Shown here: positions 12,842-23,246 of the stretch, piece by piece
Position numbering within the stretch: the stretch's first letter is position 1
How the letters are laid out: every line of letters begins with the position of its first letter
Assembly (NCBI GenBank): GCA_017499595.2
Contig: CM039003.1
Location: forward strand, 2,976,001-3,040,000
Length of the DNA stretch: 64,000 nt
Direction of reading: 5' to 3'
Source of the DNA: Psilocybe cubensis
Taxonomy: Eukaryota
Notes under the pieces: generated by a model
The model's input: only the letters and a program-made list of their open reading frames with translations
Database searches by the model: none
What the model was told of the DNA's origin: nothing
Made by a program: the position numbers and the translations under genes

Positions 12842-13199
12842 GTGAGTCACAGTTTCCTCTCCAAATCTGATACTTTGGCCTACGTGTGCAATTGCCTTGT
12901 GCCACAGCGATAACTCGCTTATTGTATCATACACGTATACGCACTTTCGAGTCAGAAATGCAAATGGCTTGTGCATCTGCGACTTCCATGTCCGCGAACG
13001 AGTCGGCCGTGAGCACGTCTCCGGCGACAGCGTTGAACAAGGCTTATCAGATGGAGGTGGACCCCCGCGAATCCCCCGCGCGGGAGGCTCAGCTCTCCTT
13101 ACCTGCACAGGGCGCCCATGAATTATCCTCTTCCTCCGGGCGCACATCAGGGCCAAGCAATGATCATTTGGACAAGGAACTGATACCATCCACATCTAG
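12842..13199 (+). other. Predicted 358-nt 5' leader intron of the GCN4-like gene
   Basis: Donor GTGAGT at 12842, branch-like CTGAT at 13180-13184, acceptor CTAG ending 13199. Confidence 0.6.
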
Positions 13200-13309
13200 G
13201 CTTTCAAGGCTACCGTCCGAGGTGCCTTCGCCCAATACATTGACCAGTAACCCACACCCCGTCGCAATTCCGGTCCACCAGAACAACCTCACTACATACA
13301 CAAGTCAAG

Positions 13310-13327
13310 ATGTTCACCTCTTTGTGA
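13310..13327 (+). promoter_or_regulatory. uORF1 (MFTSL*)
   Basis: aagATG TTC ACC TCT TTG TGA, -3 A context, out of frame with the bZIP ORF; first AUG after the predicted leader intron. Confidence 0.7.
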
Positions 13328-13432
13328 ATAACTCGGCTTCTTCCACCTCGTCTACGGTTACTCGTACCTCTGGTCAACAGTCAACTCCACCCGAAACATC
13401 TGTTTCGAGTTTTTCTCAACCCCTCCATCACC

Positions 13433-13441
13433 ATGTCCTAA
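13433..13441 (+). promoter_or_regulatory. uORF2 (MS*)
   Basis: accATG TCC TAA, -3 A context, out of frame. Confidence 0.65.
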
Positions 13442-13510
13442 CTCACCCAATTCGTCGTCCTCGGACGTCTAGTACCATCTTCCAATCCTCCACGGATTTA
13501 GCAGCACATT

Positions 13511-13600
13511 ATGGAATCCCCCAGATACTGCCACCAGCACCACGCCCAACACCGCGCAATACAGCTCCAGTCTACCAGCAACCAAGCACTGATTCTATGA
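13511..13600 (+). promoter_or_regulatory. uORF3 (29 aa) overlapping the main AUG (ATGA overlap)
   Basis: attATG GAA TCC CCC...CTA TGA; its stop (13598-13600) overlaps the in-frame ATG at 13597. Confidence 0.65.
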
Positions 13601-14694
13601 TCAAATCTTATCTTAACATGCTTTACAACAAGCCGACAGAAACACCAGAAGTCGCCCCCAGCGCACCACCAATGTCTGCGTCTACATCCACGTCGTCCAC
13701 GTCTGCGGCGGGGCTTGACGCTCCCGTTGAGTTCATCACTCAAGATCAGCTCAATGATATCGCCGCGATCATCGGTAAGGATACTGCTTCGTGCTATGGA
13801 ATCACGGTGACTCATCTCTTCGGTTCCGTCTTCGCAGCGTCTTCTCCTGAGTTCCGCGACCAGGACACCTTCGACGCCTTTATGTCTACCTCCCCACTCC
13901 TGCCTGAGCTCGACTATGGCAGCTCGCCCTCCTTCGATACTCCTTACAACGAGTTCCTCACCACCCCACTCTTCCAGGACGAGAACGTCCCTGTCATGGA
14001 CGACTTTATGAACGAGCCTTTGTTCCCTATGTTGGAAGAGCCTGAGGTTTCGATTCAGTCGAAGGCCGTCGAGACTTTCGTGCCCACTCTCCAGCAGGAA
14101 CTCTACTCTATTTCGCCGTCGGCGACCCCCATCACTCCAGCCCTCCATTCCTTCGACACCTTCGAGACGGTTCCCATCTTCGAACCGAGTAGCGTGGCTA
14201 CTACTCTCCCTGTCACCGTCCCCGCTCAACCTCCTGTCGCACCCAGCCATCCTGCGCCTCGTCGCTCTAAGGCCACTGGCATCCGCAAGGGCGTCACTCC
14301 CGACAGCCTGCTCGACGAGTCCGCGCCGACGCAGCCGCGCAAGTACACGACGCCCTCTGCGACATCGCGCAAGGAGCTCCCGGCCGTGTTCGCGCGCAAG
14401 CGCTCGCGGTCGACGGCATTCGGGGAGGAGGAGGATCAGCTTGAGGAGATCCCGCCCGACGCGACCGAGGCGCAGTTGATCGAGATCAAGCGCAGGCAAA
14501 ATACGGTTGCTGCGCGCCGCAGCCGCAAGCGCAAGCTGGAGCAGTTCCAGAAGCTGGAGAACTCGCGCAACGAAGAGAGGCGGCTGAAGGAGCAGTGGAA
14601 GGAGCGCGCCAACGTGCTCTTGGGCATGCTCCGCAGCAAGGGCGTCAAGCATCCCGACTTCCCAGAGGATGTTCTTGAATATGCTGATGCGTAA
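13597..14694 (+). CDS. cpcA: GCN4/CpcA (cross-pathway control)-type bZIP transcription factor; AUG start at 13597 or 13618, with possible N-terminal extensions
   Basis: Basic region KRRQNTVAARRSRKRKLEQFQKLE matches the GCN4-family NTxAARRSRxRK signature; acidic/aromatic activation region; 63-nt intron 13775-13837; uORF-bearing leader. Confidence 0.85.
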   Translation: MIKSYLNMLYNKPTETPEVAPSAPPMSASTSTSSTSAAGLDAPVEFITQDQLNDIAAIIGKDTASCYGITVTHLFGSVFAASSPEFRDQDTFDAFMSTSPLLPELDYGSSPSFDTPYNEFLTTPLFQDENVPVMDDFMNEPLFPMLEEPEVSIQSKAVETFVPTLQQELYSISPSATPITPALHSFDTFETVPIFEPSSVATTLPVTVPAQPPVAPSHPAPRRSKATGIRKGVTPDSLLDESAPTQPRKYTTPSATSRKELPAVFARKRSRSTAFGEEEDQLEEIPPDATEAQLIEIKRRQNTVAARRSRKRKLEQFQKLENSRNEERRLKEQWKERANVLLGMLRSKGVKHPDFPEDVLEYADA

Positions 14695-15470
14695 ATTTGT
14701 TATATTTCTCTACATTATCATCTTTTTTTTTTCGTCCATCCTATATTCCCTATACCTTTTCTTCGTTCTTCCTCCCTTCTGTGTTTTGCTTTTGTTTTAT
14801 AGTCTCTCAAAATGTCTGAATAGCGTATGTCTACTGGACTCAAACGACGACCGTATATTTTTCAAGTCGTCTTTTATAGCCCTTCGATGCTTCCCCCCTC
14901 CCCATCCATTGTAATATCTTTTTATCATCATCATCATTCCCCAACCACTTGCTTCGAAGCATCGTCGTATCCCCCTTCCCTGATCGAAATCATTCCAAGA
15001 ATCGTATACAAACCCATCTCACTGTATGCTCACATCCTATGAAATCTATATCGTACACTTGTTTACACCCCCCACGAAGAAGTCTGTTGTTCAGTACTCA
15101 GTGCCTATCTTCTACATATTATACATTCGTGCTTTGTGATCTTGTGCTCTTTTGTGTCTTTAGTCTCTACGCTTCTCGTTGTATTAAAGTTGTTTGAAAG
15201 AAGATGATTGTTGTCGCTATTGGCGTTGTTTGTCTTGTAACTGTTTTGTGCGATTCGCAATTATAAATTTGTTTGATCGAAGAAAATGCTTATTAATATT
15301 ATGTATGAAACCCCGGGCTGAATTACTCTGCTCTCGAATGAACAAAGATGGTGATAATATAATTTATTATAAGTTGCTGCGCGAACAGGCTCTACGTCCA
15401 AGGAGTCTACGACAGGAGAGATGGATGACCTTGTCCCCACTTCGGAATAGTGCTGTCATGCTGATGGCTA

Positions 15471-16243
15471 TGACACGATTTTCCGTTGAAAAAGCGAACA
15501 TTTAGAAGTAGCATTGTACTGACTAGATTCCGGCCTTTCCTTATACTGCAGTACTTACTTTTTGAATGTGTGAACATCCAGGTACCTGGTATTTAGTTAA
15601 ATTTAGCACAGACCGTGGTAAATCTAAACTTGTGTCGTGGTCAGGTCGTGGTCAGGTCGTGGTTTTGATAAAAACCTACGGCTTACAAGTAGGTAATGAT
15701 ATAGGGAGGGTCCCTCTGAATATTTGCATACCTACGGCAGCCGTTTCAGTAGATAATTAAGCTTTTATTTATTCCAAAAAATCTGCCATTCTTCTGACTT
15801 TCTATCGGCCTATGCACGGCAAAGCATAATGCTGGGAAATCCATCCTGCCGTGGATGTTTCCGGTACAATTACATTTTCCATTATGAAGCCAAAGAAGAC
15901 GAGACAGATTGGAAATGAGAAAATATCAGGGAATCTGGGAAATAATCATGAGGGTTGTATAAAAGATAATTGGCCTTGGTTTATGTTGATGTCAGCCCTA
16001 TGGTACTGTATTGCTATTACGAAAACTATTCCATACGTTAGTACAGACCAAGGCCCCAGTAGTAAGTACGACCACACCAAAGTGTGTTCACTGTTGTTCG
16101 ACTCAGGGTGTATGCACTAAGAACTAAGTAGCACATTACGAAACCTAACACTAATGTACGTACTAAGGTTCTGGACTTGCTATTTTGGTACTGACCAAAC
16201 CCAGATGACAGCCACTTCGCATTTTCAACGGAAAATCGTGTCA
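15471..16243. mobile_element. Non-autonomous DNA transposon (MITE), Tc1/mariner-like TA target duplication
   Basis: 28-bp TIRs TGACACGATTTTCCGTTGAAAA(A/T)GCGAA at 15471-15498 and 16216-16243 (1 mismatch); TA on both sides (15469-70, 16244-45); no transposase ORF. Confidence 0.85.
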
Positions 16244-16397
16244 TACTAGCAGCAGTGTTATGTAGGTAGGTCTAGGTATACATATATATCCATCATGTAC
16301 GTACCCGATGCCTACTGGGTACCGTACCCGTTGCCTAAAAAAGGTATGGGTACGTACCGAACTAGCAAGCCTAGTAGTACTAGTAGCACTAGCAGTA

Positions 16398-16620
16398 TAT
16401 CCATGGGAAAGTTCATAACGCCGGTCAGACGGTCATGAGCGGTTACTGACGGTTTGGTAACGGTTACTGACTTTGATGGATGACCATTACACACTTTATC
16501 CATGGGAAAGTTCATGACGGTCAGACGGTCAGACGGTCATGAACGGTTACTGACGGTTACTGGCGGTCAATGGCGGTTTGCTAACGGTTACTGACTTCGA
16601 TGGTGACCGTTACATACTTT
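16398..16620. repeat. Two-copy ~100-120 bp tandem repeat built from ACGGTTACTG/GACGGTCA submotifs
   Basis: TATCCATGGGAAAGTTCAT at 16398 and 16497, each followed by GACGGTCATGA.CGGTTACTGACGGTT...TAACGGTTACTGACTT.GATGG. Confidence 0.85.
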
Positions 16621-18172
16621 GCAGCCACCTCGATAGTAACGAGATGTAGCGCGTTTACAACGCGTCCACGTCCGATCATCATGTGATGAGAACATCCAGT
16701 ATTCCTGGTTTCCCCAGTTTTCCCAAACCCCAGGCGAATCCCAACACAACTACACAAAAACCAAAACGCGGCCCTATGGACGTCGAGGGGAAGAGGACCA
16801 TGTAAACTCAAACCATCGGGATATGAGACTCGTAAGGGAATCTGCGGTTTTCGTAGATGGAACAAGGTGAGGTGGAAACCCCCCATCTCCCTAGATCAGT
16901 GAGTTTTTTTTTTATTGATTCATTGATTGGTTATGATTTATATTTTTTGAGCGTCTGTGTTGAATATGAAGTCGGACAACGGTCATTAAGAGTATTCTCT
17001 GAATAGGGCGTGGACGTAGGAAGAAGAAGGGACACAGAATTCTGCAGTGATGGGCCTCTGGTGTCTTAACGCTGTATCGATAACTCTACGGTTCTCGTCT
17101 TGGAGTTAGACCTGGAAATCCTGTTTGCAGCTGGTCGCCTGCACTTCTCGCTATGGTCTCTTAGAACCTTCGACGGGCTTCCCGGCAGGGGCGGCCAGAT
17201 GCACTTCTTAGGGGTCAGCGCTCTGCGATCATGGTCTGGCTGGCTCTCTATCTTTCGGGTTTCCGTGCGTGGCTTTAATCGTATACTGTCCTTCTCCAAA
17301 CATGCACTTGACAGCCTGGAGAAATTGTTAAAAAAATGGAAAACGTTCCATTTCCCTTTCTCCTTTTTCGGCTCCTAGATCAAGCTGACACCGATGCTGC
17401 AAACCTGCAAACCCGCCCCTCTCGAAGGAATCCGCCTATAACAAATGTCTAAGACGGATGCTGTCGGTTGGATAGACTTTTCATCGTTTCTTTCTAGGGC
17501 CACAGACGAGTTGTGCCCTGGGAGCTATGGTGATCAAGTGTATTCTTTCGCCCATTCGTTACTAGATACGTTTGTATACAGGCATGATTCCTTCCGTGGC
17601 AGTCAGATTCGATACTCGAGGTGGCTTGGCTTGTGGAAAGAGTTTGAAATCGTAAAGGGTCAGATGCGTGACCGATGCCTTCAAAGTGGTTTCTCTGAGG
17701 GTGGTAGTAACGTGGTTTTTCGATATCTATCTTCGTAAACTAGGACCCGACCTCCATCGTGTGCCTTGAGCTTGGGGGTGCTGGAAGTTTGTGCTGGGGT
17801 CACGTACGTTAGATATGTCCTGCTGGAATACATTCGAGTTTGAGAAGAACTTGGCAAGATCGGCTGGAAGGTTTCATGAGCACATGCTTCCCTAATTTTA
17901 TCGGTAAGCCCTCTTCGCTTTGGTAAACCGATCCTACGTATGCTCACTGAAAAATTCTTACCATTAGTATTGCAATGAAGTAGAGCTGAGTGGATAGAAC
18001 TGTACAATGTTCTTTTGTCAAGCCATTTGCTGACTTTGACGCGGTCACGATTAAAGTGCCACTGAACCTCGACGCGTGACCTGTTGAAAGCCAGTGGACC
18101 GAATCTTTCATTACTTACCACCTACTACTTCCTCATCTTACACTTCCTCGCACTTTCATCTGCATTGTAGCT

Positions 18173-19229
18173 ATGTCCTTCCTCCATTGGCACTGGCCCA
18201 TCTTGCCACTCGAGGTTCTCGGGGAGATTATGGTCCATGTACGCGAAGACCATCAATCCACAGATACTCTACGCGCCTGTGCCCTGGTCAACCGATCAAT
18301 GCGAGAGATCTGCCAGAGGCTTCTCTTCCGCGATATTACCGTTCTATACCACCTCCAAACCGCATCCGAACCCGACATGGCCTTTACAACGCCTACCACG
18401 ATATCGATCTTCGACTTTGACGAATACGAGGGGGGATGCACCACAGGTGCTCGACTGCACGATAACTTCCTCACGCGAGACGGGCTGCCGAGGATTCGTT
18501 CCTTCGTCCAAAAGCTCAGCGTACGGTTCTCGACGGAAGGAAGCGCTATCAGCCATCGCAGACGAACGTTCTCACTCCCTGCCATACTGAAATACTTGGA
18601 CCGCTTGAAAACAATCCAATTCTGCCGTCTCGACGGGATAGGGTCGGATCACTACAACGACATCGAGTTCCATCCAACCACCGTCAAACACTTGCAAGAC
18701 TCGATGCAAGCCCTTCCACCCACCATTACCCATATCGACACGCGCGCGTTCGCGATATTTCCCATTTCGCTGTTGTTGCGAAACGTCTCTTCTTCAGCCA
18801 GGTTGCGCAAATTGAGCTCGATGCGTTTTGATACAGCTATTCCCGCTGGGCTGGTTTACAAACCCCTCAGGGTCGAGCATCTCGAAATCGGAACCTGCCC
18901 TCCGCCCGCCCGACGGGCATTCGAGCTTTCTTCTCTACGACGCCTGACCATTTGGTCAAAACCTGAGTTTCCTATCGAGGTGGACGCCATTATGGCCATC
19001 GTTGAAGGGAGCAGACTCACACTCCAAAGTCTGGAATTAGCAAGATACCGCTGCAAGTCAATGAGCGCAGGTATGTGCGAGGCGCGTACATACCTGTGGC
19101 ACCGATTAATTTGAACCCCTCCGCAACTTTACAGAGTTGGTCACCCAGCTGGACTTGCTTGTTACCTCGTTGGTTGCATGCGAAGTTCCAACTTTCAAAA
19201 TAAGAAGTCTTACGGACGATGAAAACTGA
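18173..19229 (+). CDS. F-box/LRR-like protein, C-terminally truncated relative to its paralog (possible pseudogene)
   Basis: LPLEVLGEIM...LRACALVNRSMREICQRLLFRDITV; shares HIDTRAFAIFP, LEIGTC and KPEF blocks with 5160-6558; intron 19071-19134 at the equivalent position; exon 2 only about 31 codons. Confidence 0.72.
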
Positions 19230-19500
19230 ATGAATGATATTCATAGTAATATCAAATTTGATCAGTAACGACAACACTGTGAGTTGGTTTTCCGAAGGTT
19301 GGGACAAGGTTGAGATGTATTAACGACCAATAGAATATAGTATTTTGTGTCATTTATTAAAAGCTCAAAAAGTCCACGCATAGGATCGGAAGAAATGCAT
19401 TGATTTTACGAGAATATTGAATTTTAAGGACAAGGCTCGAGAAAACGAAGGCTTAGAGCGCGATCTAGGCGTGGGTGGGGAGGATGAGAAGCAAGAGCAG

Positions 19501-19660
19501 GAAGCAGGACGGAGTGAAGCAGGAAGGAGTGAAGCAGGAAGGAGGAAGGAGGAAGGAGGAAGGAGGAAGGAGGAAGGAGGAAGGAGGAAGGAGGAAGGAG
19601 GAAGGAGGAAGGAGGAAGGAGGAAGGAGGAAGGAGGAAGGAGGAAGGAGGAAGGAGGAAG
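19501..19660. repeat. Purine microsatellite (AGGAAGG) x ~18 preceded by 15-bp GAAGCAGGA(A/C)GGAGT units
   Basis: Perfect period-7 array 19536-19660 read directly. Confidence 0.95.
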
Positions 19661-20406
19661 TGAAGCGAGCGGGATGGGGGATGAGGCGGTAGAGAGGGTA
19701 GAGAGGAGGGTGGAGGAAGTGCAGAAGCTGCAGGAGACAGGAGATGTGGAGATACGGGTGTATGAGGAAGAAGTGCAGAGATGAAGGGAGAGCGGTAAGA
19801 AAAGGGCAGCAGATAGCGAACTAGCTGTATTCGTCTTTGGGAATGGAATGGGCGGGAATGCGCAAGCCTATTAGAAAGCTGAAGGCTGGAACGAAGAGAC
19901 GATGCGAACTGGTTTGTCAAAAAGGTCGAGCTGTGTAACAGTGAAGGACAGCAAAAAGGGACGGTTTGATTCGGGTCGATTCAATGCCTAATATGGTTCG
20001 TGTCGGTCCATTTTAAGCAAGTGAAGAAAGTGGTTGAAAACACTTGTGAATCGGACGGTGGAGGCGAGGGATGCCGAAAAGGGAAATGGTCATGCCAAAA
20101 AAGGAACGACTTATAAATGAACCACCAGGAAGCGGTTTGGGTCGCCAGTCCCCGTGCGATTGTCTGTTCCCGTGCTATCCTTGCTATTCCACGATGTCTA
20201 TTAGGTCAATCCCATTACTTTATCCGATGCGTGCTGAATTCCAACACATCACTACAGATTTCATGATTGAAGGTTTGTGGGTAACGTATGCGTAACGTAT
20301 GCCAGTACTCCTTACACCTCAGTGTTACTGTTTACTCATTTGGTCAAGAATTGCATTTCATTTCTCGCCACACTGTATGTACGACAGAACAAAGATGCGC
20401 AAGGCC

Positions 20407-21634
20407 TTACACGTCGACACCGCGGTACGTTCTCAACTCGGCCTTGATGCGCTTCGCCTGCCCCTTTGTAAAGTTCGTCATGCAGGCGTCGTCTGTGTAG
20501 TCCATAAAGTTTTCTGTGCAGAAGAAATGCCCACGGGTTAACGAACGCAAAGGTTCTCAGAAAGGAGACAGGACGTACGGACGGGGTCAGCGCCTTTGCT
20601 GGAGCAGGTGTCTCGCTTGAGCGGGCATCCGTAAGCGGGGGATTCCTCAGCGGGTGTATCGTCGACCTCATCTCCGGATCCAGTGCATCCGCCCTATTTC
20701 AAATAACAGATCCATCAGCCTACATATCTTTACCAAAAGGCACAGGACACTTGCCTGGAAGGTGTGATACAGCCCGCACCAGTGTCCCGACTCGTGCGTC
20801 AGCGTCCTACCGAGGTTATATTTCGGCGAGCTGCTTCCGGGCAGAGTGGAGAAGAGAAGCACGACACCATCGTTCGTTGGGGCGTCATTGAAGTCCATCG
20901 GGAACGTCGCGTATCCGAGGAGGCCAGCGCCATCGCCTTCCATCAGCCCGACGGTGTACACGTTGAGCGTCGACGCGTTTCCTTGTCTGTACGTCGTCTT
21001 CATCTCCAGCTCCTGCGTCCTGATCATTGATCGATCTCATTTAGCCCAGGTATGATGGGAGAGCAAACGGCTACGTACGAGTTGGGCGCTACGCGCAAGA
21101 ACCAGTCCTCGTTCTGGATACGCGTAATGTTGACCAGATTCCAACTGATACCAGTGCTGTTATAATCCGCGTTCATCGTGTCAACCTGCGCCTGGATCTG
21201 CGAGTCGCTGTGCGAGCACAAGGTCATATTCAGCCAAATCATCCATGGGATATGTAGGTAATGGATGCTTACGGCACGTATCCGCCCTCGATGGTCTCGT
21301 TCATGTACACGACGTGGAAGTAGATGTCCAGAGTCGCGGTGGCATTTTCAGACTCTGCGGGCATCCGCTCGGACTGGAAACGCCGCTCGGCGCTCGCCTT
21401 GCGCGCAGCGCCAATGTTCGTTCCGCATCCTCTGAAAAATAAGAAAAGAAAATGATCAGGGATGATTTAATGGCGCAATTCAAAGGAGTGTATGGAATTG
21501 GGAACGGACCTGTGTCGCTCGATGTCATGGGGAGCATCGCGGATGTAGGGACGGGGTACAGCAGCGACTAACGAGGCGGCAAATGTAAAAGCAACGCTCA
21601 ACGAAGCGACCATCTTCAAGTTCATCATCATCAT
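20407..21634 (-). CDS. Secreted zinc metalloprotease, M43 (pappalysin/ulilysin-like) family
   Basis: Signal peptide [18 protein letters not shown] (ATG at 21613 or up to 21634); propeptide [27 protein letters not shown]; Met-turn [11 protein letters not shown]; ends RTYRGVDV*. Confidence 0.93.
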
Positions 21635-23246
21635 TATCTTCTCAAGTCTGATAGAATCGATCCCGTCAAAATTCTAGGTTCGTAATATGTGTGTTTATTT
21701 CTTTTTCCTGTCTTGTCTTGTCTTATTCGTTAAGGAGGACCAGCTCCTGCTTGAAAAGCGACGGTGGATGACGAAGGTGGTGGGTGGGTAGGTGGGTGAG
21801 GGAGACGCACAGCGGTACCTGGGGGAAAATCCACGCAGATCGCATGCTTGCGGTTTTATAGTGTTGCAGCAGGGGGCTAAGCGCTGATTGCCTAAGCCGT
21901 TTGAGACTCTGGAGTGATGATATTTGTCGTGATGGCGCATTGCCGGAATCATACGTGATCACAGCCTCCCTAGTAATCCACCTCGTGTGATTTGAAGGTG
22001 AAGATAGCTATCGGGCTCCACTGCCGTTGTGAGTGGGCGGTGTGACGGACTTTGGGAATCGGAATGAGAAAAGGATGGAGTGAATATGAACGTCGGTACT
22101 GAAGCTTGAAGCGTTGCACTGGACAGTGCGAGATAATTATAGTCGCAAAGATTCCAAAAATACTTCCTTTGAATATCGACCTGGATTCTTAACGTGAGGC
22201 TGTTGACTTGCTGTTAGCCGTCCAGGACATGTGCATTGTACTTACACTATGAGCGCCATTTTCCTCAAAATAACTCGATGAAACTTCAAGTTGAAAGCTC
22301 AAAAGCAGTGGTCATGATCACTACTAGTTAGGGTATCTTTGCTTCATTCAGCTGGTATAACTGAAAGCATAGCTAGTCAAACTCACCTCAGATTTTTACG
22401 TGGAGAGTGCATGTCACTTTTATACAAAGAAATGCATGGTGATCGCATATCATTCAAGGCTGGGTTGTAACGCGCTGTGCATTTACACCGTGAGTGTCCG
22501 AGTTCGCCATGTCCATCGGCTACGCTAGACACCACATCCTTAAACATCACGAAGAAAGCATATATAGACCATATCGTGCAGAGTAAAAAAGGTCACAAAA
22601 GTGTTATTGAGGGATCAGATAAATCTATATCGATGATAGAAGACGATGTTCATGGACAGACAGTTTGAAGCCTTGAACGAACCAGACGGGCCAATCTGAC
22701 TTTGAAAAAAAATAAACCCATTTGATCACTTCCTTGTTTAGAAGTAACTTCTTATTTTGGACGTCAGCCCCTTTGAATTGAACAAGACTGGGTTTTCGGG
22801 CAATTGCCTGCCCAACTCAACCTGACACCAGCTTGACGATACAAAATGATCAAAAAATTGTTCCAATTACACACGGCATCGTAAAACCATCTTGTAAGGT
22901 GTCTACCATTACGATAGATCAAACGCAGTTAACAGACCAATTACGGCAGGACACGAACTGCTAGTGAGACATGCAGATCGAGCGATGATAAAGAGATGTC
23001 GGCGGCCTCACCAAATGTCAGCCAGCGTATTTCCAGCAGGAATCAACATGAACTAAGCCTGATCGTGATATCCAGCGAGGAACTGGTTAGTAAATATCGC
23101 GAGTACGCGGCACCGTACACGAGTCATAAAGTTTTCAAGTGCAGGAGAGTATAAAAGAAGAAATAAAAGAGTTCAAGAAGAAGAGATAACACGACCGATT
23201 AGGCTATTAGGGAAACAATATCGTCATCTTCAGAGAAATAAATGCT

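Noticed and set aside
12843-12849. TGAGTCA (and TGACTCA at 13808-13814) as autoregulatory Gcn4 sites in the bZIP gene
   Set aside because: The first coincides with the GTGAGT splice donor and the second with the branch-point region of intron 13775-13837, so splicing signals explain both; a dual role is not excluded
13498-14652. 384-aa antisense ORF over the bZIP gene
   Set aside because: Shadow of GC3-rich codon usage on the sense strand
12886-14694. 602-aa single-exon bZIP as in the ORF track
   Set aside because: Reads through a 63-nt stop-free intron and the uORF leader; at most one isoform
16398-16620. CRISPR-like array
   Set aside because: Eukaryotic context, no constant repeat with unique spacers, no cas genes
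17100-17738. Two ORFs resembling C-terminal remnants of an F-box/LRR gene
   Set aside because: No diagnostic motif or consistent splice model; too weak to call
19417-19920. GGRRKEE / LLPPSSF repeat ORFs
   Set aside because: Translations of the heptamer microsatellite
22982-23066. Possible C/D snoRNA (ATGATAA...CTGA with a short terminal stem)
   Set aside because: C box is imperfect, no guide recognised, and it lies antisense to the cofilin 3' region
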